Shown: one piece after another, positions 49,537-64,000 of the stretch
Layout: the number at the start of each line of letters is the position of its first letter
Numbering within the stretch: position 1 is the first letter of the stretch
NCBI GenBank assembly: GCA_964016885.1
Contig: OZ024744.1
Coordinates: 126,356,001-126,420,000, forward strand
Direction: 5' to 3'
Length of the DNA stretch: 64,000 nucleotides
From: Eledone cirrhosa
Taxonomy: Eukaryota
Translations under genes and position numbers: made by a program
Notes under the pieces: generated by a model
The model's input: the letters and a program-made list of their open reading frames with translations, nothing else
Told to the model about the DNA's origin: nothing
The model's database searches: none

Positions 49537-52500
49537 AACAGTAGAAAGGAAAAAGATTTTTTCAGTAGAAATTGCTGAAGAGATTCTTTCAGTGTAATTT
49601 CAAAACATTAATTTATTTATAAAGTGGATATTTCCACATTTAATAATGGCACTGGGTTCAGCATTATATACATTGTCAATTGTGGATTCTACTTTTGGCA
49701 CAAGGGCTGCAATTATCCAGTACATTACTGGTACTTTATTATTTATACAAATAATAATTGTTTCTACTTTTGGCACAAGGGCAGCAATTACCCAGTACAT
49801 TACTGGTACTTTATTATTTATACAAATAATAATTGTTTCTACTTTAGGCACAAGGTCAGCAATTACCCAGTACATTACTGGTACTTTATTATTTATACAA
49901 ATAATAATTGTTTCTACTTTAGGCACAAGGTCAGCAATTACCCCAGTACTTTATTTTATCGACCCCGTAAGGATGAAAGAAAAGTTAACCTCAACGGGAT
50001 TTGAACTCAGTCTGTAAAGGGAGGTAACTGCTGGATTAATTTGGTTAATTAAGTTAACAGAAATTATGAACCGGTTTCTACAGAGCCTTCTGGACATTTA
50101 ACCCTTTAGCATTTAAACCAGCCATACCTAGCCAGAATACTCTCACATCTTTCTGTTCAAACCAGCCATAACTGGCCACTCATACTGACGTTAAGGTATT
50201 GTTCTCAATATAAATAATATCAAAATCTCATAGATTCGATATTATATGAGATAATTATGTAAGATAAAGCCTTTACCACAAAAATACAATAGTATATATA
50301 GAGTAATAAAAATGCTAAAGGGTAAAAGTAGCTTATTATTTTGTGAGCTCTTGCTACTTATTGCTCTTGTGCATCAAGAACATACACAGCTTACATTTTG
50401 TTGCTAATCTCACTGAGATCCAACTACATCTCTTGTTTATCCATAGTTTGGAATTTCTACCTACTCCTTTCCTTTAGAATGATCAAGGCCATTTTCTTGT
50501 GGGGATCTAGGCCCTGTTTTCCTTTCTATTTTGCCAAGTTATCTTACATCACTTTCATTCTAGACCATGCTTCCAGGTTTGGAATTTCTCCTCTAATTTT
50601 ACCACAGATTAAGTGACAAGGGTTCAATCATGTGCATACAGGAGTTCCCATGGACAGCCAGTAATATGTAATAGCCTGCAGGATGATAATAAACAGAAGA
50701 GGGTTAATTACAGAGCCCTGATAGAGGGTTAATAACAGAGCCCTGATAGACTTGTTCACTCAACTCCTCACTATAGCCATCATTACTTTTAACCTTACTG
50801 ACTGCTCCTCCATACATGGCTTTTACTGCTCTCACAAGCCACTCATATACCCCTAGTTTTCTAAGTTATACACCAGATTAGGGAAGGGGGAAGTCTCACA
50901 GAAGCTCTCTCTGGGTCAACAAATGCCAAGTAGAGGGGCTTATTTTAGCTAGGTACTACTCTTGCAGTTGCCACACAAGGAAGAGGACATCAGTGGTACT
51001 TTTACCTGGCACAAATCCAAACTTCATCTCATCTAGGTTAACTTGGTCCCTAATCAGCTGTGTTATAAATCTAACACCTTCATGAAGTGGTCCATCTAAT
51101 ATCTCTATAGTTTTCTAGCTCTAGTACATCTCCTTTGCCCTTGTAGCAGTTGATGATGATGATACTACACCATTTATTTGGTATGACACCATTTTGTATT
51201 ACATGCTGTACGATACCAGTGGTTAAGATGTGACCCACCATCCCAGATACTTTCAGTATCTCAGCAACTATCACCAATGGACAAGATACTTTCTCTGTCT
51301 TCATATCCTTAATTACCTTACTTCATATCCTTAATTACCTTACTGCTTACTTGTATGGCTGGACCCTCTGTTGGGCCCACTTTCCGTAGACTATCTTCCT
51401 CCCATGCATTCTCCTCATTCAGTAATCTTTCATAAAGGCATTTCCATGTTACAAAGGTTGGCTGAAAAGTTCATAGACTATCAATGATAGCATGATGCTA
51501 GAGCTGTGAAATCTTGCCTGCATTAATTTCAACTCTTCTTATTAATAACTGCATTGTTTCCTTCCAGGGACTATGTTGAAAAATAAACCTCATTTGGTCA
51601 TTCCATGAGTGTATCTTGGTCTGCCTATGAACTTTTCAGCTGACCCTATTCAGCATCAGTGAGCCCAAATGCCCCATTATCATCCTGGACACACTTTACC
51701 CCAACATCACAATTTGCCCTCACACACTGCCTCACAATCCTGAACATCTCATGTATTTCATCCTCACATCATAAAACCAACTGAAATTATATATTCTCTG
51801 CTTCCCTCCTTGCAAAGAATACTTCTTGCCTAGCTTCCTGTAGTGTACCCTCCAGCTGCCTCCATTCTGCCATTATTCCATGCCTGTCTCTTGGCCTTAA
51901 CTGTCTCATCTACCCTAGTGTTTCACCACCAAGATACTCTCCTCTCTGAAGCCCTGCTCCAGCCACAGATCTAGTTTGACACCTTCAGCAAAGGTTCTTT
52001 AAGGAACTCCCACTGTTCCCCTATATTGTATGTTTCTATTTGTTCTTCCTTACTGTTGTAAAGATCAAACAAAATATCTCTAAATTTGGAACTGGCTGAG
52101 GGGTCCTTTAACTTCCATATCCTTCTCCTCCAAGTTGCCCTCAGTCTTCAAGTTCATCTAAGTCTATGAAATCACTAACTACTGGGTTATGTTGGGAGGT
52201 GCATTCTTCCCCAGGGGGTGGGGATTGTGTGTTTACAAATGTCAATATCTCATCTTCTGGTGAGGATAAAAATCTGACTGGCATGCTCCTCTGACCAATA
52301 GGTGTTGAAGTGGTTGTCGGGTAAACGTTAAGACCCTCTGATATACATATATATATATATATACTAGCAGTGGTACCCGGCGTTGCACGGGATAACGTAT
52401 TTCGGAACGCGGGCCGCCATCTTCCACTTCAGCCGGTCGCCCTAAAGTGTTGGCTATTCAGTCTACTTGAGGCCAGTTGGTGAGGGGGGTAAAGCTTTCA

Positions 52501-52924
52501 GTGTGCTACTACCCTCACGGTCAAATAGAAAGGGAGAGGAAGAAAAGTCAGCGTTAATATCGTGCTACACGTTTGAAAGGTTGGATGACCTTAGAGTTCA
52601 CCAGGGTGGGGGGTTCTAAAAGTATCTATCTTGGTATTTTATCTTAGAAGTAATCATTACAGAGTGTACTGGGTGTATTTTAGTGGGCAGTAATTCCATA
52701 AAGAACACAGTATAATCTGTGGACACAAGCCTTGCAGTGTGATTACAGGCAGGTTAATGGGAAAGATAGATTATATATGTGACATGATGTACATGAGAAG
52801 TGAGGACACAGACCACACATGAAATAGATTCCTACAACTGTCAGGGAGGCTCCCTAGAATTACAGATGACATATTTCAATATCTCGGTGATCAAGTTAGC
52901 AGTGGAGGAAGAATCTCTAAAAGT
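41988..52924. repeat. One complete 10,937-bp macro-repeat unit (satellite block plus ~3.7-kb TE-rich spacer)
   Basis: Offsets 42009 to 52946 and 39461 to 50398 are both 10937. The junction ctctaaaagt|cacaccacac is identical at 41987 and 52924. Confidence 0.92.
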
Positions 52925-55900
52925 CACACCACACACAGCCAATGAGTGTCCGCACATGTACCAGTAATTACAGATGGATCCCACCACGGGCGGCTGGCCC
53001 ACGATCGAAAAGGTTACTCCGCCTGCAAACGGTCATTTTCGAATTCGTTTTCTTCGAAGCACACGATTCGCCGGCGGACTTCAGCTGCCTCATTTAGCAT
53101 GGGCAGTTTTTCTCGAAAATCACACCACACACAGCAAATGTGTGTCCGCACATGTACCAGTAATTACAGATCGATTCCGGTGAAAATTCACTGAAAACGG
53201 GCCATCCGGCCCTGTGCGTCGATCGTGGGCCGGCCGGATGTTGACGGATCGATGTGTAATTAGAAGTACATGTGCGGACACTCATTGGCTGTGCGTGGTA
53301 TGCATTTCAGCAAGATATCTCCGTAACATCAAGAGTTATGGCTGTGGAGGCACACCTAGTCAAACGTAAACAAGGTCTGGAGCGTTTACGCTTCGCGATT
53401 TTGTTTACGTTTGACTAGGTGTGCCTCCACAGCCATAACTCTTGATGTTACGGAGATATCTTGCTGAAATGCATACCGCGCACAGCCAATGAGTGTCCGC
53501 ACATGTACTTCTAATTACACATCGATCCGTCAACATCCGGCCGGCCCACGATCGACGCACAGGGCCGGATGGCCCGTTTTCAGTGAATTTTCACCGGAAT
53601 CGATCTGTAATTACTGGTACATGTGCGGAGACACATTTGCTGTGTGTGGTGTGATTTTCAAGAAAAACTGCCCATGCTAAATGAGGAAGCTGAAGTCCGC
53701 CGGCGAATGGTGTGCTTCGAAGAAAACTAATTCGAAAATGACCGTTTGCAGGCGGAGTAACCTTTTCGATCGTGGGCCAGCCGCCCGTGGTGGGATCCAT
53801 CTGTAATTACTGGTACATGTGCGGACATACATTTGCTGTGTGTGGTGTGATTTTCAAGAAGAACTGCCCATGCTAAATGAGGAAGCTGAAGTCCGCCGGC
53901 GAATGGTGTGCTTCGAAGAAAACTAATTCGAAAATGACCGTTTGCAGGCGGGGTAACCTTTTCGATCGTGGGCCAGCCGCCCGTGGTGGGATCCATCTGT
54001 AATTACTGGTACATGTGCGGACACACATTTGCTGTGTGTGGTGTGATTTTCGAGAAAGACTGCCCATGCTAAATGAGGAAGCTGAAGTCCGCCGGCGAAT
54101 GGTGTGCTTCGAAGAAAACTAATTCGAAAATGACTATTTGCCGGCGGAATCACCTTTTCGGTCCTGGTCCGGCCGGATCTTGCCGGATCGATCGGAAATT
54201 TGTGGACCATGTTCGGAAGGCCATTGTGCATGTGTGGTGAAAAAAATTTGTGTCGAAATCTTCTCGGAAAATAACGGATCGCCGGCGGAGATTGCCATTT
54301 CGATCGTGGGCCGGCCGGATCTTGTCGGATCGATTCGGACATATGTGCATCGTGTTCGCAAGGCCCTTGTCTATGTGTGGTGTGATTTTCATAAAGAAAT
54401 TCCGAAAAACCCAGTTTTAAATCTGATTTCGCCAAAGAATTTTGGCTATCAGATCGGGTTGAAAGGTATGGTTTCAGGTCGATCTGAAAGTCTAAAATGG
54501 AATTCACTCGGTTAGCTAACTTTTGATATATCGGAGATATCTTTCTGAAAATCACACCACACACTCCCAATGAGTGTCTGCACATGTACCAGTAATTACA
54601 GATGGATCCCACCACGGGCTGCCGGCCCACGATCGAAAAGGTTACTCCGAAGCACACCATTCGCCGGCGGAATTCATTTAGCATGGGCAGTTTTTCTCGA
54701 AAATCACACCACACACAGCCAATGAGTGTCCGCACATGTACCAGTAATTACAGATGGATCCCACCACGGGCGGCTGGCCCACGATCGAAAAGGTTACTCC
54801 GCCTGCAAACGGTCATTTTCGAATTCGTTTTCTTCGAAGCACACGATTCGCCGGCGGACTTCAGCTGCCTCATTTAGCATGGGCAGTTTTTCTCGAAAAT
54901 CACACCACACACAGCAAATGTGTGTCCGCACATGTACCAGTAATTACAGATCGATTCCGGTGAAAATTCACTGAAAACGGGCCATTCGGCCCTGTGCGTC
55001 GATCGTGGGCCGGCCGGATGTTGACGGATCGATGTGTAATTAGAAGTACATGTGCGGACACTCATTGGCTGTGCGTGGTATGCATTTCAGCAAGATATCT
55101 CCGTAACATCAAGAGTTATGGCTGTGGAGGCACACCTAGTCAAACGTAAACAAGCTCTGGAGCGTATACGCTTCGCGATTTTGTTTACGTTTGACTAGGT
55201 GTGCCTCCACAGCCACAACTCTTGATGTTACGGAGATATCTTGCTGAAATGCATACCACGCACAGCCAATGAGTGTCCGCACATGTACTTCTAATTACAC
55301 ATCGATCCGTCAACATCCGGCCGGCCCACGATCGACGCACAGGGCCGGATGGCCCGTTTTCAGTGAATTTTCACCGGAATCGATCTGTAATTACTGGTAC
55401 ATGTGCGGACACACATTTGCTGTGTGTGGTGTGATTTTCACGAAAAACTGCCCATGCTAAATGAGGAAGCTGAAGTCCGCCGGCGAATGGTGTGCTTCGA
55501 AGAAAACTAATTCGAAAATGACCGTTTGCAGGCGGGGTAACCTTTTCGATCGTGGGCCAGCCGCCCGTGGTGGGATCCATCTGTAATTACTGGTACATGT
55601 GCGGACACACATTTGCTGTGTGTGGTGTGATTTTCGAGAAAGACTGCCCATGCTAAATGAGGAAGCTGAAGTCCGCCGGCGAATGGTGTGCTTCGAAGAA
55701 AACTAATTCGAAAATGACTATTTGCCGGCGGAATCACCTTTTCGGTCCTGGTCCGGCCGGATCTTGCCGGATCGATCGGAAATTTGTGGACCATGTTCGG
55801 AAGGCCATTGTGCATGTGTGGTGAAAAAAATTTGTGTCGAAATCTTCTCGGAAAATAACGGATCGCCGGCGGAGATTGCCATTTCGATCGTGGGCCGGCC

Positions 55901-58900
55901 GGATCTTGTCGGATCGATTCGGACATATGTGCATCGTGTTCGCAAGGCCCTTGTCTATGTGTGGTGTGATTTTCATAAAGAAATTCCGAAAAACCCAGTT
56001 TTAAATCTGATTTCGCCAAAGAATTTTGGCTATCAGATCGGGTTGAAAGGTATGGTTTCAGGTCGATCTGAAAGTCTAAAATGGAATTCACTCGGTTAGC
56101 TAACTTTTGATATATCGGAGATATCTTTCTGAAAATCACACCACACACTCCCAATGAGTGTCTGCACATGTACCAGTAATTACAGATGGATCCCACCACG
56201 GGCTGCCGGCCCACGATCGAAAAGGTTACTCCGAAGCACACCATTCGCCGGCGGAATTCATTTAGCATGGGCAGTTTTTCTCGAAAATCACACCACACAC
56301 AGCCAATGAGTGTCCGCACATGTACCAGTAATTACAGATGGATCCCACCACGGGCGGCTGGCCCACGATCGAAAAGGTTACTCCGCCTGCAAACGGTCAT
56401 TTCGAATTCGTTTTCTTCGAAGCACACGATTCGCCGGCGGACTTCAGCTGCCTCATTTAGCATGGGCAGTTTTTCTCGAAAATCACACCACACACAGCAA
56501 ATGTGTGTCCGCACATGTACCAGTAATTACAGATCGATTCCGGTGAAAATTCACTGAAAACGGGCCATTCGGCCCTGTGCGTCGATCGTGGGCCGGCCGG
56601 ATGTTGACGGATCGATGTGTAATTAGAAGTACATGTGCGGACACTCATTGGCTGTGCGTGGTATGCATTTCAGCAAGATATCTCCGTAACATCAAGAGTT
56701 ATGGCTGTGGAGGCACACCTAGTCAAACGTAAACAAGCTCTGGAGCGTATACGCTTCGCGATTTTGTTTACGTTTGACTAGGTGTGCCTCCACAGCCACA
56801 ACTCTTGATGTTACGGAGATATCTTGCTGAAATGCATACCACGCACAGCCAATGAGTGTCCGCACATGTACTTCTAATTACACATCGATCCGTCAACATC
56901 CGGCCGGCCCACGATCGACGCACAGGGCCGGATGGCCCGTTTTCAGTGAATTTTCACCGGAATCGATCTGTAATTACTGGTACATGTGCGGACACACATT
57001 TGCTGTGTGTGGTGTGATTTTCAAGAAAAACTGCCCATGCTAAATGAGGAAGCTGAAGTCCGCCGGCGAATGGTGTGCTTCGAAGAAAACTAATTCGAAA
57101 ATGACCGTTTGCAGGCGGAGTAACCTTTTCGATCGTGGGCCAGCCGCCCGTGGTGGGATACATCTGTAATTACTGGTACATGTGCGGACACACATTTGCT
57201 GTGTGTGGTGTGATTTTCGAGAAAGACTGCCCATGCTAAATGAGGAAGCTGAAGTCCGCCGGCGAATGGTGTGCTTCGAAGAAAACTAATTCGAAAATGA
57301 CTATTTGCCGGCGGAATCACCTTTTCGGTCCTGGTCCGGCCGGATCTTGCCGGATCGATCGGAAGTTTGTGGACCATGTTCGGAAGGCCATTGTGCATGT
57401 GTGGTGAAAAAAATTTGTGTCGAAATCTTCTCGGAAAATAACGGATCGCCGGCGGAGATTGCCATTTCGATCGTGGGCCGGCCGGATCTTGTCGGATCGA
57501 TTCGGACATATGTGCATCGTGTTCGCAAGGCCCTTGTCTATGTGTGGTGTGATTTTCATAAAGAAATTCCGAAAAACCCAGTTTTAAATCTGATTTCGCC
57601 AAAGAATTTTGGCTATCAGATCGGGTTGAAAGGTATGGTTTCAGGTCGATCTGAAAGTCTAAAATGGAATTCACTCGGTTAGCTAACTTTTGATATATCG
57701 GAGATATCTTTCTGAAAATCACACCACACACTCCCAATGAGTGTCTGCACATGTACCAGTAATTACAGATGGATCCCACCACGGGCGGCCGGCCCACGAT
57801 CGAAAAGGTTACTCCGAAGCACACCATTCGCCGGCGGAATTCATTTAGCATGGGCAGTTTTTCTCGAAAATCACACCACACACAGCCAATGAGTGTCCGC
57901 ACATGTACCAGTAATTACAGATGGATCCCACCACGGGCGGCTGGCCCACGATCGAAAAGGTTACTCCGCCTGCAAACGGTCATTTTCGAATTCGTTTTCT
58001 TCGAAGCACACGATTCGCCGGCGGACTTCAGCTGCCTCATTTAGCATGGGCAGTTTTTCTCGAAAATCACACCACACACAGCAAATGTGTGTCCGCACAT
58101 GTACCAGTAATTACAGATCGATTCCGGTGAAAATTCACTGAAAACGGGCCATTCGGCCCTGTGCGTCGATCGTGGGCCGGCCGGATGTTGACGGATCGAT
58201 GTGTAATTAGAAGTACATGTGCGGACACTCATTGGCTGTGCGTGGTATGCATTTCAGCAAGATATCTCCGTAACATCAAGAGTTATGGCTGTGGAGGCAC
58301 ACCTAGTCAAACGTAAACAAGCTCTGGAGCGTATACGCTTCGCGATTTTGTTTACGTTTGACTAGGTGTGCCTCCACAGCCACAACTCTTGATGTTACGG
58401 AGATATCTTGCTGAAATGCATACCACGCACAGCCAATGAGTGTCCGCACATGTACTTCTAATTACACATCGATCCGTCAACATCCGGCCGGCCCACGATC
58501 GACGCACAGGGCCGGATGGCCCGTTTTCAGTGAATTTTCACCGGAATCGATCTGTAATTACTGGTACATGTGCGGACACACATTTGCTGTGTGTGGTGTG
58601 ATTTTCACGAAAAACTGCCCATGCTAAATGAGGAAGCTGAAGTCCGCCGGCGAATGGTGTGCTTCGAAGAAAACTAATTCGAAAATGACCGTTTGCAGGC
58701 GGGGTAACCTTTTCGATCGTGGGCCAGCCGCCCGTGGTGGGATCCATCTGTAATTACTGGTACATGTGCGGACACACATTTGCTGTGTGTGGTGTGATTT
58801 TCGAGAAAGACTGCCCATGCTAAATGAGGAAGCTGAAGTCCGCCGGCGAATGGTGTGCTTCGAAGAAAACTAATTCGAAAATGACTATTTGCCGGCGGAA

Positions 58901-61900
58901 TCACCTTTTCGGTCCTGGTCCGGCCGGATCTTGCCGGATCGATCGGAAATTTGTGGACCATGTTCGGAAGGCCATTGTGCATGTGTGGTGAAAAAAATTT
59001 GTGTCGAAATCTTCTCGGAAAATAACGGATCGCCGGCGGAGATTGCCATTTCGATCGTGGGCCGGCCGGATCTTGTCGGATCGATTCGGACATATGTGCA
59101 TCGTGTTCGCAAGGCCCTTGTCTATGTGTGGTGTGATTTTCATAAAGAAATTCCGAAAAACCCAGTTTTAAATCTGATTTCGCCAAAGAATTTTGGCTAT
59201 CAGATCGGGTTGAAAGGTATGGTTTCAGGTCGATCTGAAAGTCTAAAATGGAATTCACTCGGTTAGCTAACTTTTGATATATCGGAGATATCTTTCTGAA
59301 AATCACACCACACACTCCCAATGAGTGTCTGCACATGTACCAGTAATTACAGATGGATCCCACCACGGGCTGCCGGCCCACGATCGAAAAGGTTACTCCG
59401 AAGCACACCATTCGCCGGCGGAATTCATTTAGCATGGGCAGTTTTTCTCGAAAATCACACCACACACAGCCAATGAGTGTCCGCACATGTACCAGTAATT
59501 ACAGATGGATCCCACCACGGGCGGCTGGCCCACGATCGAAAAGGTTACTCCGCCTGCAAACGGTCATTTCGAATTCGTTTTCTTCGAAGCACACGATTCG
59601 CCGGCGGACTTCAGCTGCCTCATTTAGCATGGGCAGTTTTTCTCGAAAATCACACCACACACAGCAAATGTGTGTCCGCACATGTACCAGTAATTACAGA
59701 TCGATTCCGGTGAAAATTCACTGAAAACGGGCCATTCGGCCCTGTGCGTCGATCGTGGGCCGGCCGGATGTTGACGGATCGATGTGTAATTAGAAGTACA
59801 TGTGCGGACACTCATTGGCTGTGCGTGGTATGCATTTCAGCAAGATATCTCCGTAACATCAAGAGTTATGGCTGTGGAGGCACACCTAGTCAAACGTAAA
59901 CAAGCTCTGGAGCGTATACGCTTCGCGATTTTGTTTACGTTTGACTAGGTGTGCCTCCACAGCCACAACTCTTGATGTTACGGAGATATCTTGCTGAAAT
60001 GCATACCACGCACAGCCAATGAGTGTCCGCACATGTACTTCTAATTACACATCGATCCGTCAACATCCGGCCGGCCCACGATCGACGCACAGGGCCGGAT
60101 GGCCCGTTTTCAGTGAATTTTCACCGGAATCGATCTGTAATTACTGGTACATGTGCGGACACACATTTGCTGTGTGTGGTGTGATTTTCAAGAAAAACTG
60201 CCCATGCTAAATGAGGAAGCTGAAGTCCGCCGGCGAATGGTGTGCTTCGAAGAAAACTAATTCGAAAATGACCGTTTGCAGGCGGAGTAACCTTTTCGAT
60301 CGTGGGCCAGCCGCCCGTGGTGGGATACATCTGTAATTACTGGTACATGTGCGGACACACATTTGCTGTGTGTGGTGTGATTTTCGAGAAAGACTGCCCA
60401 TGCTAAATGAGGAAGCTGAAGTCCGCCGGCGAATGGTGTGCTTCGAAGAAAACTAATTCGAAAATGACTATTTGCCGGCGGAATCACCTTTTCGGTCCTG
60501 GTCCGGCCGGATCTTGCCGGATCGATCGGAAGTTTGTGGACCATGTTCGGAAGGCCATTGTGCATGTGTGGTGAAAAAAATTTGTGTCGAAATCTTCTCG
60601 GAAAATAACGGATCGCCGGCGGAGATTGCCATTTCGATCGTGGGCCGGCCGGATCTTGTCGGATCGATTCGGACATATGTGCATCGTGTTCGCAAGGCCC
60701 TTGTCTATGTGTGGTGTGATTTTCATAAAGAAATTCCGAAAAACCCAGTTTTAAATCTGATTTCGCCAAAGAATTTTGGCTATCAGATCGGGTTGAAAGG
60801 TATGGTTTCAGGTCGATCTGAAAGTCTAAAATGGAATTCACTCGGTTAGCTAACTTTTGATATATCGGAGATATCTTTCTGAAAATCACACCACACACTC
60901 CCAATGAGTGTCTGCACATGTACCAGTAATTACAGATGGATCCCACCACGGGCGGCCGGCCCACGATCGAAAAGGTTACTCCGAAGCACACCATTCGCCG
61001 GCGGAATTCATTTAGCATGGGCAGTTTTTCTCGAAAATCACACCACACACAGCCAATGAGTGTCCGCACATGTACCAGTAATTACAGATGGATCCCACCA
61101 CGGGCGGCTGGCCCACGATCGAAAAGGTTACTCCGCCTGCAAACGGTCATTTTCGAATTCGTTTTCTTCGAAGCACACGATTCGCCGGCGGACTTCAGCT
61201 GCCTCATTTAGCATGGGCAGTTTTTCTCGAAAATCACACCACACACAGCAAATGTGTGTCCGCACATGTACCAGTAATTACAGATCGATTCCGGTGAAAA
61301 TTCACTGAAAACGGGCCATTCGGCCCTGTGCGTCGATCGTGGGCCGGCCGGATGTTGACGGATCGATGTGTAATTAGAAGTACATGTGCGGACACTCATT
61401 GGCTGTGCGTGGTATGCATTTCAGCAAGATATCTCCGTAACATCAAGAGTTATGGCTGTGGAGGCACACCTAGTCAAACGTAAACAAGCTCTGGAGCGTA
61501 TACGCTTCGCGATTTTGTTTACGTTTGACTAGGTGTGCCTCCACAGCCACAACTCTTGATGTTACGGAGATATCTTGCTGAAATGCATACCACGCACAGC
61601 CAATGAGTGTCCGCACATGTACTTCTAATTACACATCGATCCGTCAACATCCGGCCGGCCCACGATCGACGCACAGGGCCGGATGGCCCGTTTTCAGTGA
61701 ATTTTCACCGGAATCGATCTGTAATTACTGGTACATGTGCGGACACACATTTGCTGTGTGTGGTGTGATTTTCACGAAAAACTGCCCATGCTAAATGAGG
61801 AAGCTGAAGTCCGCCGGCGAATGGTGTGCTTCGAAGAAAACTAATTCGAAAATGACCGTTTGCAGGCGGAGTAACCTTTTCGATCGTGGGCCAGCCGCCC

Positions 61901-63230
61901 GTGGTGGGATACATCTGTAATTACTGGTACATGTGCGGACACACATTTGCTGTGTGTGGTGTGATTTTCGAGAAAGACTGCCCATGCTAAATGAGGAAGC
62001 TGAAGTCCGCCGGCGAATGGTGTGCTTCGAAGAAAACTAATTCGAAAATGACTATTTGCCGGCGGAATCACCTTTTCGGTCCTGGTCCGGCCGGATCTTG
62101 CCGGATCGATCGGAAATTTGTGGACCATGTTCGGAAGGCCATTGTGCATGTGTGGTGAAAAAAATTTGTGTCGAAATCTTCTCGGAAAATAACGGATCGC
62201 CGGCGGAGATTGCCATTTCGATCGTGGGCCGGCCGGATCTTGTCGGATCGATTCGGACATATGTGCATCGTGTTCGCAAGGCCCTTGTCTATGTGTGGTG
62301 TGATTTTCATAAAGAAATTCCGAAAAACCCAGTTTTAAATCTGATTTCGCCAAAGAATTTTGGCTATCAGATCGGGTTGAAAGGTATGGTTTCAGGTCGA
62401 TCTGAAAGTCTAAAATGGAATTCACTCGGTTAGCTAACTATTGATATATCGGAGATATCTTTCTGAAAATCACACCACACACTCCCAATGAGTGTCTGCA
62501 CATGTACCAGTAATTACAGATGGATCCCACCACGGGCGGCCGGCCCACGATCGAAAAGGTTACTCCGAAGCACACCATTCGCCGGCGGAATTCATTTAGC
62601 ATGGGCAGTTTTTCTCGAAAATCACACCACACACAGCCAATGAGTGTCCGCACATGTACCAGTAATTACAGATGGATCCCACCACGGGCGGCTGGCCCAC
62701 GATCGAAAAGGTTACTCCGCCTGCAAACGGTCATTTTCGAATTAGTTTTCTTCGAAGCACACCATTCGCCGGCGGACTTCAGCTTCCTCATTTAGCATGG
62801 GCAGTTTTTCTTGAAAATCACACCACACACAGCAAATGTGTGTCCGCACATGTACCAGTAATTACAGATCGATTCCGGTGAAAATTCACTGAAAACGGGC
62901 CATTCGGCCCTGTGCGTCGATCGTGGGCCGGCCGGATGTTGACGGATCGATGTGTAATTAGAAGTACATGTGCGGACACTCATTGGCTGTGCGTGGTATG
63001 CATTTCACTAAGATATCTCCGTAACATCAAGAGTTATGGCTGTGGAGGCACACCTAGTCAAACGTAAACAAGGTCTGGAGCGTTTACGCTTCGCGATTTT
63101 GTTTACGTTTGACTAGGTGTGCCTCCACAGCGACAACTCTTGATGTTACGGAGATATCTTGCTGAAATTCATACCACGCACAGCCAATGAGTGTCCGCAC
63201 ATGTACCTGTAATTACACATCGATCCGACG
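52925..63230. repeat. Palindromic satellite block 3 (two extra units)
   Basis: Centres at ~53387, 55167, 56750, 58334, 59917, 61501 and 63085. Offset 49042 to 63146 = 14104 = 10937 + 3167. Confidence 0.93.
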
Positions 63231-63588
63231 ACGGACAGAGTATTCGGTTTATTTTCTTGACATATTTCTTTACATATTGTCCAGGCATGCACTTTTTCCA
63301 TGATTAGTTCTGTTGACGGCCCGCTTTCCAAAATACCTTATCCTGTGCAACGCCGGGTACCACTGCTAGTATATATATGTGTATGTATATATATATATAT
63401 ATATTGGTAAACGGAATAGAAAATTGTGACAAATTGTTCACAGTGAAAAATAGTTTAATTAGGAATAAGTGATAATTAGTAATAGTATTGGTTAGTATTA
63501 AGTTTTGGTTTTAAGTTTTACCGGTTGCGCATTTCTAATGCTTTTCAAAAATAATTTTGAGATAGAGCGTCCGTGATGTTTGCTCTGA

Positions 63589-63640
<52 letters not shown>

Positions 63641-64000
63641 AACAGTAGAAAGGAAAAAGATTTTTTCAGTAGAAATTGCTGAAGAGATTCTTTCAGTGTA
63701 ATTTCAAAACATTAATTTATTTATAAAGTGGATATTTCCACATTTAATAATGGCACTGGGTTCAGCATTATATACATTGTCAATTGTGGATTCTACTTTT
63801 GGCACAAGGGCTGCAATTATCCAGTACATTACTGGTACTTTATTATTTATACAAATAATAATTGTTTCTACTTTTGGCACAAGGGCAGCAATTACCCAGT
63901 ACATTACTGGTACTTTATTATTTATACAAATAATAATTGTTTCTACTTTAGGCACAAGGTCAGCAATTACCCAGTACATTACTGGTACTTTATTATTTAT

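Noticed and set aside
26955-63331. Recurrent 60-270 aa ORFs in the palindromic satellite
   Set aside because: They appear as mirror images on both strands and in all frames, and show no transposase, Rep/helicase or other motifs.

Overview
Eukaryotic repeat-dominated window with no credible protein-coding gene. RTE-type LINE debris, a SINE resembling those I recall from octopus genomes, and TTAGGG-type repeats suggest a cephalopod or other mollusc (inference). There are four zones. (1) 1-4660: AT-rich DNA with minisatellites and SINE/LINE relics. (2) 4668-25270: a collapsed and re-amplified rDNA unit. It runs (CCCTAA)n tract, 172-bp spacer-like repeats, 5' ETS-like leader, the 18S 5' end (5694-5880), about 19 kb of satellite (about 53 monomers with higher-order structure), then the 28S 3' end (about 24915-25270). 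The satellite monomer is a sense-strand patchwork of non-adjacent 18S and 28S rRNA segments. (3) 25270-26925: spacer with an orphan histone-type stem-loop, TE scraps and a G-rich telomere-like tract. (4) 26926-64000: a palindromic satellite (1.58/1.78-kb units built from 196-bp monomers, 17 hairpin centres) ending in Helitron-like 3' termini. It is amplified together with a LINE/SINE/MITE spacer as a macro-repeat of about 10.9 kb. The most striking object is the rRNA-mosaic satellite inside a minimal, telomere-repeat-bounded rDNA unit.
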